NCBI GenBank assembly: GCA_005877615.1
Contig: VBOD01000108.1
Coordinates: 18,750 to 82,749, forward strand
DNA length: 64,000 nucleotides
DNA from: Nitrospirota bacterium
GTDB lineage: Bacteria; Nitrospirota; Nitrospiria; Nitrospirales; NS-4
Direction: 5' to 3'
Shown: positions 24,265 through 34,632 of the stretch, in pieces
Layout of the letters: every line of letters starts with the position of its first letter
Position numbering within the stretch: the first letter of the stretch is position 1
Position numbers and translations under genes: made by a program
Notes under the pieces: model-generated
The model's input: only the letters and a program-made list of their open reading frames with translations
Told to the model about the DNA's origin: nothing
The model's database searches: none

Positions 24265-25401
24265 ATGCTTGCCACGCGGGTCCGTCAGAAAGACGGCGTC
24301 TTCTACTTCGTCTCCTATCCGGCGGAGGATCTGCTCCGGAAGATCCAGTTCGTCAGCCGGTTCTACGGCGAGGGCGAGCAGATCGCGCCGGCCGAGATTG
24401 CCGAGGAGGACGAGATCGCCCAATTCATCGCCAGGATCGAGCGCAGCGACAAAGCCTTTCAGCGCCAGCTTTCGCGCGCCAAGGTCAAGGCCATCACGAA
24501 CTTCTACGAGACCGCCGTCAGCCAGCCGCCGATCCCGGGCACCGTGTTGCTGTTTACACCGGAACGACTCCACTTCAGAGCCCTTGGATCCTCCGAGGAA
24601 ATCGGTCACCTGGAGGAACCAAGCGGCAGGTACCTGGTCATTGACGGCCAGCACCGCCTGGCTGCGCTGCACTTCTACCGCCGGTACCACCCCGATGACG
24701 CGCACACCATCAACATCCCCTGCGTCATCTTCGACGGCCGCAGCGAGGACTTCGCGACCGAGATGTTCGTCATCATCAATTCGACGCCGACCCGGATCAA
24801 CAAGAGCCACCTGGTGGACCTGTACGAGCGCGTGTCCTGGGCGGCGCCCGACAAGAAGTTCGCCGCGCGCGTCGTCGAGCACCTGTACAGCGAAGGAGAC
24901 AGCCCGCTCCGCTACCGGATCAACCGGCTGGGGGGACGCAGCCAGCAGGAGAAATGGATCCTCCAGGCCGAGCTGTTCAACGAGATCCACCGGTGGGTGT
25001 ATAAGAATTGGAAGACCATCCAGCGCGAAGGTGGCGGCGCGCGGGAGGCCCTGCGGTTCTACAACCTGGTGCGGGACTTCTTCAAAGCGGCGGAGCGCGT
25101 CTGGGGCGACGCCTGGGGGAATCCGAACTACATGGTGACCAAGCCGGTGACGCTCAAGGCGATGGTGCGGGTCTGCACGGGCCTCGCGTCACAGGAGCGC
25201 GGATCGGGCGAGGATCGCATCAAACGCTGGGAGCGCCTCCTCGCGCCATGGAAGGAGCGCGTGCGCGACTTCCGCGCGGAGGGGTTCTACGAGCGCTTCC
25301 CCGCCAAGGGTCAGGTCGAGCGCGTCGGCCGCATCCACCGCGAGCTGGCCCGCGCCATTGGCCTCGAGCCGGCCCGCGCCGCCAAAGGCGCGGACGACTG
25401 A
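24265..25401 (+). CDS. DGQHR-domain protein (DndB-like, ParB/Srx-fold superfamily)
   Basis: Literal motif VIDGQHRL (DGQHR codons at 24643-24657), followed by FVIINSTPTRINKSHLVDL. AGGAGG RBS. It lies 23 nt after lolD. Confidence 0.75.
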   Translation: MLATRVRQKDGVFYFVSYPAEDLLRKIQFVSRFYGEGEQIAPAEIAEEDEIAQFIARIERSDKAFQRQLSRAKVKAITNFYETAVSQPPIPGTVLLFTPERLHFRALGSSEEIGHLEEPSGRYLVIDGQHRLAALHFYRRYHPDDAHTINIPCVIFDGRSEDFATEMFVIINSTPTRINKSHLVDLYERVSWAAPDKKFAARVVEHLYSEGDSPLRYRINRLGGRSQQEKWILQAELFNEIHRWVYKNWKTIQREGGGAREALRFYNLVRDFFKAAERVWGDAWGNPNYMVTKPVTLKAMVRVCTGLASQERGSGEDRIKRWERLLAPWKERVRDFRAEGFYERFPAKGQVERVGRIHRELARAIGLEPARAAKGADD

Positions 25402-25420
25402 GGCTGCATGACGAGCGTGA

Positions 25421-26218
25421 CTAGGCCGGGAGGGTCGCGGATTTGAGGGAGCGCGTGAAGGAGCTGAGGCGGTCGGTGACGGCGGCGTGGCTGCCTTCGG
25501 CGATGATCTTGACCAGCGCGCTGCCGACGATCACCCCGTCCGCGATGCGCGCGACCTCGCGGGCGTCATCGGGCGTCGCGATGCCAAACCCCACCGCGAC
25601 TGGCGTCTTGGTGTAGCCCCGGATCTCGCGCACCTTCTTTTCCACATCCGCCTTGTCCGTCAGCTTCGCGCCGGTGATCCCCGTCAGTGACACATAGTAG
25701 ATGAAGCCACGCGACAACCGGGCCACCGCCGTTTCGCGCCTGGCCGTGCTGGTCGGAGCTAGGAGGAAGATCACATCGAGGCCGGCGGCTTCAGCCAACG
25801 GATGGATCGTCCCGGCCTCGTCCGGCGGCATGTCGGGTACGATCAGCCCGTCCACGCCCGCCGCGACCGCGTCGCGGCAGAAGGCCGCCTCCCCGTACCG
25901 GAAGATCGAGTTGTAGTAGGCCATGACCACGAGCGGAACCTGGGTCTTCGTTCGGAGCGACCGGACCGTGGCCAGGATTTTCTTCAGCGTGGTCCCCGAG
26001 CGGAGCGCGCGCTCCGCGGCCTGCTGGATGACCGGCCCGTCGGCGATGGGGTCGGAGAACGGCACGCCCAGTTCGATGACATCGGCCCCGGCCGCCGCCA
26101 ACTGCTGAACGTACGTCTCCGTATCTTCCAGCGTCGGATCGCCAGCCATCACATAGGCGATCAACGCCTTCTCGCCCCGCGCAGCTAGACGTTGGAAGGT
26201 GGGCTGGATGCGGCTCAC
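25421..26218 (-). CDS. trpA: Tryptophan synthase alpha chain
   Basis: [24 protein letters not shown] and [10 protein letters not shown] motifs. Confidence 0.95.
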   Translation of the reverse strand: MSRIQPTFQRLAARGEKALIAYVMAGDPTLEDTETYVQQLAAAGADVIELGVPFSDPIADGPVIQQAAERALRSGTTLKKILATVRSLRTKTQVPLVVMAYYNSIFRYGEAAFCRDAVAAGVDGLIVPDMPPDEAGTIHPLAEAAGLDVIFLLAPTSTARRETAVARLSRGFIYYVSLTGITGAKLTDKADVEKKVREIRGYTKTPVAVGFGIATPDDAREVARIADGVIVGSALVKIIAEGSHAAVTDRLSSFTRSLKSATLPA

Positions 26219-27408
26219 AGACTTACACCTTTGATGCGCGCCACCTGATGCACGTCCTTGTCGCCCCGACCGGAAAGATTGATGACGATGATCTGGCTGC
26301 GCTTGAGCTTCGGCGCGAGCTTCATCACATGGGCGACGGCGTGGGCAGGTTCGAGCGCGGGCATGAGGCCTTCGGTCTGGGACAGCAGGTCGAACGCCGT
26401 CATGGCTTGCTCATCCGTGGCATAGGTGTAGCTGATGCGGTCCCGCTCCTTATAGAAAGCGTGTTCCGGTCCGACCGCCGCGTAGTCCAGCCCGGCCGAG
26501 ACCGAATGGGTCAGTTGGATCTGCCCGTCGTCGTCCTGGAGGAGATACGTCATGGTCCCGTGGAGGACGCCGACCGAGCCCGTGGCGAAGCGCGCCGCAT
26601 GCTTGCCGCTCTCAATGCCAAGCCCGCCCGCCTCGACCCCGACCATCTTGACCTTCTTGTCCTTGAGGAACGCCGTGAACATGCCGATCGAGTTGCTCCC
26701 CCCGCCCACGCATGCGACGAGGTAATCCGGGAGCTTGCCTTCGGCCTGGAGGATCTGCTTGCGCGTCTCCCGGCCGATCACGGACTGGAAGTCCCGGATC
26801 ATCATCGGATACGGGTGCGCGCCCAGGACCGACCCGAGGATGTAGTGCGTGGTCCGGACGTTGGTCGTCCAGTCCCGCATGGCCTCGCTGATGGCGTCCT
26901 TCAGCGTGCGGCTCCCGGCGTTGACGGCCGTTACGGTCGTCCCGAGCAGGCGCATCCGGAAGACATTCAGGGCCTGGCGCTCCATGTCCTCCGTGCCCAT
27001 GTACACTTCGCATTGCAGGCCAAACAGCGCCGCCACCGTGGCCACGGCCACGCCGTGCTGGCCCGCGCCGGTCTCGGCGATCACCCGCTTCTTCCCCATG
27101 CGGCAGGTCAGGAGCGCCTGGCCGATCGTATTGTTGATCTTGTGCGCGCCGGTGTGGCAGAGGTCCTCGCGCTTGAAGTAGATCTTCGCTCCGCCGAGCT
27201 TCTTGCTCAGCCGCCCGGCATAGTAGAGCGGCGTCGGGCGCCCCACGTACTCTCGGAGGTAGTAGTCCAGCTCGGTCTTGAATTGCGGAGCGCGGCGCGC
27301 CTTCTCGTACTCCCGGGCGAGCTCATCGAGGGCGGGAATCAACGTCTCGGGGACGTAACGCCCGCCGAAGGCGCCGAAGCGGCCCCGTGCATCAGGAAGT
27401 GACGTCAT
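26215..27408 (-). CDS. trpB: Tryptophan synthase beta chain
   Basis: [24 protein letters not shown] (PLP lysine) and GVEAGG motifs. Confidence 0.95.
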   Translation of the reverse strand: MTSLPDARGRFGAFGGRYVPETLIPALDELAREYEKARRAPQFKTELDYYLREYVGRPTPLYYAGRLSKKLGGAKIYFKREDLCHTGAHKINNTIGQALLTCRMGKKRVIAETGAGQHGVAVATVAALFGLQCEVYMGTEDMERQALNVFRMRLLGTTVTAVNAGSRTLKDAISEAMRDWTTNVRTTHYILGSVLGAHPYPMMIRDFQSVIGRETRKQILQAEGKLPDYLVACVGGGSNSIGMFTAFLKDKKVKMVGVEAGGLGIESGKHAARFATGSVGVLHGTMTYLLQDDDGQIQLTHSVSAGLDYAAVGPEHAFYKERDRISYTYATDEQAMTAFDLLSQTEGLMPALEPAHAVAHVMKLAPKLKRSQIIVINLSGRGDKDVHQVARIKGVSL

Positions 27409-27433
27409 AGAGCGCAGTATAGGCTACGGGGCG

Positions 27434-28051
27434 TTACCAGGTCCAGCTTTGGGCATTCGTGATGAAGGCCCGCACCTTCGCATGGTCCTTCTTGCCCGGC
27501 GAGGCCTCCACTCCGCTGGTGACGTCCACGGCATACGGCCGGACCTGGCGGACAGCTTCCAGCACATTGTCGGGAGTCAGGCCGCCGGCCAGGATGACGG
27601 GGCCCAGCATCTGGGCCTGCGCGGCCAGGTCCCAGTCGATCGTGACGCCCGTCCCGCCCGGCTTCCCCTCGATGAAGGCGTCCAGGACGAATCCGCTGAC
27701 CTGGTACGCGGCCATGCGCTCGAGGTCCCGGCTGTCGCGGACGCGGATGGCCTTGATGACCGGACGCCCGAGTTCGGCGCAATATTGAGGAGACTCATCG
27801 CCATGCAGTTGGGCCAGGGGGATGTTGCACTCCTCCATGATCCGGCGGACGATCCTCAGCTCCTCGTTCACGAATACTCCGACCGGCGCCACGAACGGCG
27901 GCAGGCGGGAGATGATCTCGGCAGCCGTCTTCGGGTCCACCGCCCGCGGACTCTTGGCATAGAACACGAACCCGACCGCGTCCGCGCCGGCCTGCACCGC
28001 CGCCATCGCATCGTCCAGATTGGTGTTCCCGCAGATCTTGACCTTGACCAT
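27434..28051 (-). CDS. trpF: Phosphoribosylanthranilate isomerase
   Basis: Internal ATG at 28051. MVKVKICGNTNLDDA...GADAVGFVF...QLHGDE...LAGGLTPDNV. Confidence 0.85.
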   Translation of the reverse strand: MVKVKICGNTNLDDAMAAVQAGADAVGFVFYAKSPRAVDPKTAAEIISRLPPFVAPVGVFVNEELRIVRRIMEECNIPLAQLHGDESPQYCAELGRPVIKAIRVRDSRDLERMAAYQVSGFVLDAFIEGKPGGTGVTIDWDLAAQAQMLGPVILAGGLTPDNVLEAVRQVRPYAVDVTSGVEASPGKKDHAKVRAFITNAQSWTW

Positions 28052-28156
28052 AGGGCCGGCATTGTAGAGAAGCCCGCGAACTGTTGCAAATACGAGTGCC
28101 TTGAATGAATTGCGAGAACCGTTTATGCTGGGACATCCACATGAGGGAAACACGCA

Positions 28157-29515
28157 ATGCAGGTTGAGTTCCTCGGCCACGCCGGGTTCATCATCACATT
28201 CGGCAAGATGCGCGTGGCGTGCGATCCGTGGCTCTCCCCGCGCGGGGCCTTTCACGCGAGCCGGTTCCAGTTTCCGTGCAACCATCACTTATGGGAACGC
28301 GACGACCGCGATCTCGCCGCCGTCGTCATCACCCACGAGCAGCAGGATCATCTCGATGCCGCGTTCCTCTCGCAGAAGATCGCGCCGGGCATTCCGGTCA
28401 TCATTCCCCACCACCCCTCCCGCTCGCTCCGGAACAAAATTCGAGCTGCCTGCGCGAATCCCATCACGGAAGTGAACCCCGGTGTTGACCATCAACTCGG
28501 CGAAGGCTTGCGGGTTCTGTTCACTACCGAAGACACGCCGATCACCCCGTGCGCGGCAGCGACCTTCCAAACCCGAGAGGCCGTGTTGATCAACATGAGC
28601 AACGCCCGGCTTTCGGTTAAGCAGCGCGACACCTTGAAATATCGCCTCCGGAGCCGGAACGACGCGCTGCTCGTCCAGTGTGCCGAGGCGGACTGGAATC
28701 CGACCTGCTACCGGCATCCCGAAGACAGACGGCAGGCCCTTTCCGTGCAGAGTCGCGTCGAGCAGCTTGAATATGCCTTCCAGACGCTAGACCGGATGCC
28801 GCCGCGGATCGGGCTGCCCTACGCCGGTCCTCCTGCCTTCCTGGAGGACCCGCTGTTCCGTTTCAACGATGACCTCGGCGGGAAAGGCATCGTGCCGGAC
28901 CAAAAGCGCGCTCACGATTGGCTGCGCGTCCGCGGCTACACGCGTCGCCTGGAGATCCCCCTGCCGGGGGATCGGCTGAATTTGATCAACGGCGAGTTCA
29001 TGCCCGATCAGGCGGTCCGGAGGGAGTTCTCATTCGACCGGAAGGACGCGTATCTCAAAGCCTATGCCGACCGGATGCGCCCGGCCATCGCCGCCTACCT
29101 GGGAAGCCTGCCGCAGCCGGCAGGAGATCTCTTCGAGCCATTCCGGGCATACGTGCTGCGCCTGGGCGAGACGAAGGAGTCCATGGTGGAAGAGCTCAAG
29201 ATGGAGCTCCGGTTCGTGGTGGAAGGCTCCCACGGCGGGGACTTCCTCGTGCGATGCGATGCCGGCGCGCTGACGTTCGAGCGCACTGGCGATCAGACCG
29301 CCGCGTGTACGGTCACCCTCGATAGTGTTTGGCTGAACCAGATTCTGCGCCACAACTTGCCATGGAAGGACTTCTTTCTCTCGCTTCGCTTTTCGGTGGA
29401 GCAAGACCCTGCGGCGGAGGACGGTCACGTGCTGTCCTGGCTCCAGCTGGTCGAGCCCCAGGCGCTCTCAGACGACGTGATGGAAACGCCCAGGGAGAAG
29501 CCGGCCCATGCGTGA
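28157..29515 (+). CDS. Metallo-beta-lactamase-fold protein with extended C-terminal domain (variant metal motif)
   Basis: MQVEFLGHAGFII...VACDPWL...VVITHEQQDHLD resembles the MBL-fold HxHxDH region, but with Gln at the second His position. SD GAGGGA upstream. Confidence 0.6.
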   Translation: MQVEFLGHAGFIITFGKMRVACDPWLSPRGAFHASRFQFPCNHHLWERDDRDLAAVVITHEQQDHLDAAFLSQKIAPGIPVIIPHHPSRSLRNKIRAACANPITEVNPGVDHQLGEGLRVLFTTEDTPITPCAAATFQTREAVLINMSNARLSVKQRDTLKYRLRSRNDALLVQCAEADWNPTCYRHPEDRRQALSVQSRVEQLEYAFQTLDRMPPRIGLPYAGPPAFLEDPLFRFNDDLGGKGIVPDQKRAHDWLRVRGYTRRLEIPLPGDRLNLINGEFMPDQAVRREFSFDRKDAYLKAYADRMRPAIAAYLGSLPQPAGDLFEPFRAYVLRLGETKESMVEELKMELRFVVEGSHGGDFLVRCDAGALTFERTGDQTAACTVTLDSVWLNQILRHNLPWKDFFLSLRFSVEQDPAAEDGHVLSWLQLVEPQALSDDVMETPREKPAHA

Positions 29516-29527
29516 CCGCATCTAACC

Positions 29528-30595
29528 ATGCCTGCATTCTTCGTCCCAGTCGAAGAGATCGCTGCTCTCACACAGGGGACGCTCCTGGGACGTCCCGATC
29601 TCGTCATCACCGGCGTGGCCGGGCTGAGCGAGGCTGGCCCCGGCGATCTCTCCTTTGTGACCGGCGAGGCCGCATCCAAGGAGGCCACGTCCACGCAGGC
29701 CATCGCCCTGCTGGTCCCCCGGCCTATCGACGGACTGGCGTGCGCCCAGATCGTCGTGACCAACCCCGCCTTGGCCATGGCGCGGGTCGTAGAGAAGTTT
29801 TTCGTCCCCCAGCGTCCTGCCCTCGGCGTCAGCAAGCTCGTCAGTCGCGGAAACGATGTCGTCCTCGGCGAAGGCGTGTCGATCTGGCCGTTCGTCACGC
29901 TCGACGACCGCGCGTCCATCGGACGTGGCACGACACTCTATCCCAACGTCTTCGTCGGCGAAGGCAGCGTCATCGGCGAGGACTGCGTGATCTATCCCAA
30001 CGTGACGATCCGCGAACGGGTGACCATCGGCAATCGGGTGATCATCCACTCGGGGACGGTCATCGGCAGCGACGGGTTCGGCTACATTCAGGAAGGCGGG
30101 CGGCATCACAAGATCCCCCAGGTGGGCACTGTGGTCATCGAGGACGATGTGGAGCTGGGGGCCAACGTGACCGTGGACCGCGCCACCTTCGGCCAGACGA
30201 TCGTCCGTCGCGGCACGAAAGTGGACAACCTGGTCCAGATCGCCCACAACGTCGAAGTCGGCGAGCACAACATCCTAGTGGCGCAGGTGGGCATCGCGGG
30301 GAGCAGCCGGACGGGCCATCACGTGATGGTCGGCGGGCAAGCGGGCATCGCCGATCACGTGACGGTCGGCGACTTCGCCATGATCGCCGCGCGCTCGGGC
30401 CTGAACCGCGACGTGCCCGCCAAGGAGGTCGTCGCCGGCACCCCCGCCCTGCCGCGCATGGAGTGGCTCAAGGCCATGGCTATCGTGGCCAAGCTCCCCG
30501 AGCTCCGCCAGCAGGTCCGCGATCTGGAAGAACGGCTGAAGATGTTGGAGAAGGCGGCTTCAAAACGCAAAGCGAAACCCCGCAAGCGGAAATAG
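29528..30595 (+). CDS. lpxD: UDP-3-O-acylglucosamine N-acyltransferase
   Basis: Left-handed beta-helix hexapeptide repeats, HHKIPQVGTVVIEDDVELGAN and a C-terminal helical extension. Confidence 0.9.
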   Translation: MPAFFVPVEEIAALTQGTLLGRPDLVITGVAGLSEAGPGDLSFVTGEAASKEATSTQAIALLVPRPIDGLACAQIVVTNPALAMARVVEKFFVPQRPALGVSKLVSRGNDVVLGEGVSIWPFVTLDDRASIGRGTTLYPNVFVGEGSVIGEDCVIYPNVTIRERVTIGNRVIIHSGTVIGSDGFGYIQEGGRHHKIPQVGTVVIEDDVELGANVTVDRATFGQTIVRRGTKVDNLVQIAHNVEVGEHNILVAQVGIAGSSRTGHHVMVGGQAGIADHVTVGDFAMIAARSGLNRDVPAKEVVAGTPALPRMEWLKAMAIVAKLPELRQQVRDLEERLKMLEKAASKRKAKPRKRK

Positions 30596-30604
30596 GAGAA
30601 TCCC

Positions 30605-30964
30605 ATGGCTGAACCAGAACGTCGAGTCGCGCCGCGGTTCTATCTCGTCTCTCGTCTGGACGTGTTGGTGGCCGGCAGCGCCGATCCGATGTGGGGAGCG
30701 GTCGCCAATATCAGCCGAACCGGGATCACGCTGTACATCCGGCAAACTCTGAAGCCGCAAAGCAAGGCCACGCTGCGGTTCCGTTTCCAAGCTGCGGGTG
30801 GGCGGGAAGTTATCGAGGACGTGAACGCGACACTTGTGTGGCAGCGTGGAGAGACGGTGGGGATGGAATTCGAGGCGCCGCTGCTCGCCGGCTCGCCGAC
30901 CGCGCAGAAGTGCCCTCTGCTGGCAAAGCACATCGCCGAGAAAGAGGCGACGGGCGGAAAATAA
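30605..30964 (+). CDS. PilZ domain protein
   Basis: RRVAPRF (RxxxR) and NISRTGI (D/NxSxxG), the c-di-GMP-binding PilZ motifs. Lies 9 nt after lpxD. Confidence 0.7.
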   Translation: MAEPERRVAPRFYLVSRLDVLVAGSADPMWGAVANISRTGITLYIRQTLKPQSKATLRFRFQAAGGREVIEDVNATLVWQRGETVGMEFEAPLLAGSPTAQKCPLLAKHIAEKEATGGK

Positions 30965-31171
30965 AGACGTAGCCGGTCCTGTTCATTCCTGAACGCAAAA
31001 GCCTTCACGAATGGGGTTTCTGACACACGTGCCGCCCGTCATGGACTGGCTGTCATTCACCCCATCTCCTTTTATTTCATAGAGATACGTGCCCCTTGCA
31101 AAAGGCCCGTAGTTTGCACACTCCAAGAGGCAAGCGTGGAGACATCACCACTGCACGAAGGAGTGTGTGCT

Positions 31172-31465
31172 ATGGTTACGAAGCGGAAGAGTGGAATTCT
31201 CGTCTTTGTTGTGACGCTGGCCACAGCGACCCTCTTGGCTACCAGTGCCATCAGCGCGACGCCCACACCAACGGCAACTCAACCTCAGGTGGAAGCGACC
31301 GCACCGACGACTACCCCGGAAACCAAGACGGCCCCCGCGAGCGAGCAGAAGAACTCCGACGAGCAGTCTAAAAACGGGAAGAACGACAAGAAGAAGGGGC
31401 GCGTCACGGGTATGATGCTGACCCTCTTCGCCATCATCACCGGCCACCAAGGCGGCACCCGCTAA
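31172..31465 (+). CDS. Hypothetical secreted Thr/Pro-rich protein with C-terminal hydrophobic segment
   Basis: GAAGGAG lies 8 nt upstream of the ATG at 31172. Signal-like GILVFVVTLATATLLATSAISA, low-complexity middle, C-terminal GMMLTLFAIITG. Confidence 0.4.
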   Translation: MVTKRKSGILVFVVTLATATLLATSAISATPTPTATQPQVEATAPTTTPETKTAPASEQKNSDEQSKNGKNDKKKGRVTGMMLTLFAIITGHQGGTR

Positions 31466-32133
31466 GCCGAACTTTCGATCGCCTTCACCAATTCTACCAT
31501 TGCTTTGCTAGGGTCAGTAGCCGCGAGCACCGCGGAGATTACCGCGCAGCAGTCGGCGCCCGCGGCCACGACCTCGCGGACATTCTTGGTAGTGATGCCG
31601 CCGATTGCCACAATCGGCACCCGCACCTTCGCCCGCACCTCCCGCAGTCCGGCTATGCCGACAACCGGGGCCGGATGCTCCTTCGTGGAGGTCGGAAAGA
31701 TCGGCCCGAAGCCGACGTAGTCCGCTCCACCAGCGTCGGCTTCGAACGCCTGCTTCATCGTATGCGTCGAGATCCCGATCAGCTTGTCGGATCCCAGGAT
31801 CGCCCGTGCATCGGCCAGCGGCAAGTCCTCCTGCCCCAGATGCACTCCATCTGCGCCAACCGCCTGCGCAACATCCACCCGGTCGTTCACGATGAACGTT
31901 CCCCCACCGGCCCGGACCAGCGCGCAGACCTGAGCCGCCAGGTCGTAGAACTCGCCCGCGTGCGGGGTTTTCATACGCAGTTGAAAAAAGCGCACTCCGG
32001 TCGTGAGCGCGGTCTTGACGAGATCGGGCAACGACAGGGAGCCCGCGACGGCCGGATCCAGGATCAGATAGAGCCCTGCCGGGAAAGGGACGCGTCTCGG
32101 CGCGTCCGGGGCGGGTGGGTGCAATGGGCGCAT
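31462..32133 (-). CDS. thiE: Thiamine-phosphate synthase
   Basis: FFQLRMK, NDRVDVAQAVGADGVHLGQEDL, IGISTH and GADYVGFGPIFPTSTK. Start taken at MRPLHP (32133), 15 nt after the accC stop. Confidence 0.85.
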   Translation of the reverse strand: MRPLHPPAPDAPRRVPFPAGLYLILDPAVAGSLSLPDLVKTALTTGVRFFQLRMKTPHAGEFYDLAAQVCALVRAGGGTFIVNDRVDVAQAVGADGVHLGQEDLPLADARAILGSDKLIGISTHTMKQAFEADAGGADYVGFGPIFPTSTKEHPAPVVGIAGLREVRAKVRVPIVAIGGITTKNVREVVAAGADCCAVISAVLAATDPSKAMVELVKAIESSA

Positions 32134-32147
32134 TGGCCCCACCACGC

Positions 32148-33500
32148 TCAGCTTGTCGGCGGCGGAGAGGAGAAGCGCTCGAGAAAAGAGGTGGAGAAGC
32201 GGCCCTTCTGGAAGTCGGGATCGTCGAGGATGCGGCGGTGCAGCGGGATCGTGGTCTTGATGCCTTCCACCACGCACTCATCCAACGCGCGACGCATCCG
32301 GGCCAGCGCCTCCTCGCGCGTCATGCCGTGGACGATCAGTTTCGCAATCAGCGAGTCGTAGTGAGGGGTGATCTCGGACCCCGGTTCAATCGCCGAATCC
32401 ACTCGGACCCCCGGACCTCCCGGCGGATGGCAGCGCGTGATCCGCCCCGCGCACGGTTGGAAGGTGTCGGGACACTCGGCATTGATCCGGCACTCGATGC
32501 TGTGGCCGATCATCTTCACGTCCTGCTGCTTCCAGGACAGCGGCAGACCCGCGGCGATCCTGATCTGCTCCTTGACGAGATCGATGCCGGTGACCTCTTC
32601 GGTGATGGGATGCTCGACCTGGATCCGCGTGTTCATCTCCATGAAATAGAACCGGTGCTCCTTGTCCAGCAGGAACTCCACGGTCCCCGCGTTCCGGTAC
32701 CGGACCGCCTGGGCAGCTTCGACCGCCACACGGCCGAGTTCGCGCCGGAGGCGGTCGTCCACCGCCGGCGACGGCGTCTCCTCGATGAGCTTCTGGTAGC
32801 GGCGCTGGACGGAACAGTCTCGCTCTCCGAGATAGATCGTCCGACCGCGCTCGTCCGCCAGGATCTGGACTTCAATGTGGCGCGGCTCGAGGAAGTACCG
32901 CTCCACGTACACGCTCTGGTTGCCGAACGCCGCGTTGGCCTCCGCGCGGGCCGCCTCAAAGGCGTGCGCCAGTTCATCCTCCTTGTTCACCACCCGCATC
33001 CCGCGTCCCCCGCCGCCCGCCGACGCCTTGATGATCACCGGGTAGCCGATTTTGGCCGCCACAGCCGCGGCCTCCTGCTCGCTCGTGATCTCTCCCTCGC
33101 TGCCGGGCAGCACCGGCAAGCCCTGGCGGATCATGATGTCGCGCGCCTTCGCCTTGTCCCCCATTGTGCCAATGCTCTCGGAGGTCGGCCCGATGAACTT
33201 GATGCCGATCGACTCGCATACCTCGGCGAAGTGGGCGTCCTCGGCTAGGAAGCCGTACCCCGGGTGGATGGCGTCGCAGGCGGTGATCTCCGCCGCGCTC
33301 AGGATGTTCGGGATGTTGCGGTAGCTGAGCGCCGGATCGGCCGGTCCGATGCACAGGTGCTCGTCCGCGAGCCGCACGTGCAGGGCGTCCTTGTCCACTT
33401 CGGAATGGACGGCCACGCTGCGGATGCCCAGTTCCTTGCAGGCCCGGATGACCCGCACCGCGATCTCGCTGCGGTTGGCCACGAGGATTTTCTTGAACAC
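32148..33500 (-). CDS. accC: Acetyl-CoA carboxylase, biotin carboxylase subunit
   Basis: [35 protein letters not shown] and [14 protein letters not shown]. Confidence 0.95.
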   Translation of the reverse strand: MFKKILVANRSEIAVRVIRACKELGIRSVAVHSEVDKDALHVRLADEHLCIGPADPALSYRNIPNILSAAEITACDAIHPGYGFLAEDAHFAEVCESIGIKFIGPTSESIGTMGDKAKARDIMIRQGLPVLPGSEGEITSEQEAAAVAAKIGYPVIIKASAGGGGRGMRVVNKEDELAHAFEAARAEANAAFGNQSVYVERYFLEPRHIEVQILADERGRTIYLGERDCSVQRRYQKLIEETPSPAVDDRLRRELGRVAVEAAQAVRYRNAGTVEFLLDKEHRFYFMEMNTRIQVEHPITEEVTGIDLVKEQIRIAAGLPLSWKQQDVKMIGHSIECRINAECPDTFQPCAGRITRCHPPGGPGVRVDSAIEPGSEITPHYDSLIAKLIVHGMTREEALARMRRALDECVVEGIKTTIPLHRRILDDPDFQKGRFSTSFLERFSSPPPTS

Positions 33501-33503
33501 CCC

Positions 33504-34043
33504 TCAGCCCTCCGGTTGGGCGCCCGGCGCGATCAGAAAGAGCGGCTCGCCGTACTCGACCGGCTTGGCGTTCTCCACTAGAATCTTGGCCACGCGCCCG
33601 TCGGCGTCGGACTCGATCTCGTTCATCAGCTTCATGGCCTCGACGATGCAGAGCACCTGGCCTTTCTTCACGTACGTGCCTTCTTCCACATACACCTCGG
33701 AATAAGGAGACGCCGACCGGTAGAAGGTCCCCACGATGGGCGAGCGCACGGTCACCAGCCCTTCCGTAGACGGCTCGGCCGTCGGCGCGTCGGTCGGAGC
33801 GGCGGTAAGCCCGGCAGCGGGAACGGGCACGGACACCTCGAGCGCCGGGGAAGACGCGGCTGCGCCTTCGCGCCGCAAGCGGATCCGGAGCCCATTGCGC
33901 TCGACCTCGAGGTCGCTGACGCCCGCGTTCTGGAACACCGCGATCAGGTCCTGCAGGAGCGCGGGATCCACCAGGGCGTCCGGACGCGGCTTGGGCTGCG
34001 CCGTGGCGGGCTTCCTGGCGGATTTGGCGGGGTGGCGTTTCAT
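33504..34043 (-). CDS. accB: Acetyl-CoA carboxylase, biotin carboxyl carrier protein
   Basis: C-terminal biotinyl domain with the CIVEAMKLMNEIE motif. Confidence 0.9.
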   Translation of the reverse strand: MKRHPAKSARKPATAQPKPRPDALVDPALLQDLIAVFQNAGVSDLEVERNGLRIRLRREGAAASSPALEVSVPVPAAGLTAAPTDAPTAEPSTEGLVTVRSPIVGTFYRSASPYSEVYVEEGTYVKKGQVLCIVEAMKLMNEIESDADGRVAKILVENAKPVEYGEPLFLIAPGAQPEG

Positions 34044-34600
34044 CAGGCCCGTTCCACGTATTCGCGCGTGCGGGTGTCTACCTTGACCATCACACCTTCC
34101 TCGAGATACAGCGGCACCTTGACCGTCGCCCCGCTCTCCAGGATCGCCGACTTCGAGCCGCCGGACGCCGTGTCGCCGCGAACGCCCGGCTCCGTCTTCA
34201 CGATCCTGAGCTCCACAAACACCGGCAACTCCATCCCGATCGGCGTCCCGTTATGGAGCAGCAGCGTGACGGTCATATTTTCCTTGAGCAGGTCCCAGCC
34301 GTCACCCAGGTGCGCCCGGTCAAACGTCAACTGCTCGTAGGTCGTCGTGTCCATGAACGTGTACTGGTCGCCCTCCGCGTAGAGAAAGGTCATCTCCCGC
34401 TCGTCGAGATCGGGCGTGGGCAGCTTTTCTCCCGAGCGGTAGGTCCGTTCGATGACGTTCCCGGTCCTGAGACTCTTGAGCTTGGTCCGTACGAAGGCTC
34501 CGCCCTTCCCGGGCTTGACATGCTGAAATTCGACGATCGTGTAGGGCTCCCCGTCCAGCTCGAGCTTCGCCCCGTTGCGAAATTCCGACGTTGAGATCAC
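34043..34600 (-). CDS. efp: Elongation factor P
   Basis: FRNGAKLELDGEPYTIVEFQHVKPGKGGAFVRTKLK; 185 aa. Confidence 0.95.
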   Translation of the reverse strand: MISTSEFRNGAKLELDGEPYTIVEFQHVKPGKGGAFVRTKLKSLRTGNVIERTYRSGEKLPTPDLDEREMTFLYAEGDQYTFMDTTTYEQLTFDRAHLGDGWDLLKENMTVTLLLHNGTPIGMELPVFVELRIVKTEPGVRGDTASGGSKSAILESGATVKVPLYLEEGVMVKVDTRTREYVERA

Positions 34601-34632
34601 GGGTCTGTCTTGCCTCCTCCTGATCCATCTTG

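Noticed and set aside
31462-32147. I looked for a TPP riboswitch upstream of thiE, a trp leader or attenuator upstream of trpF, and a leader upstream of lysS.
   Set aside because: The upstream gaps are too short to hold such elements: 15 nt after accC, a 105-nt shared divergent region, and 50 nt respectively. I saw no conserved riboswitch cores.
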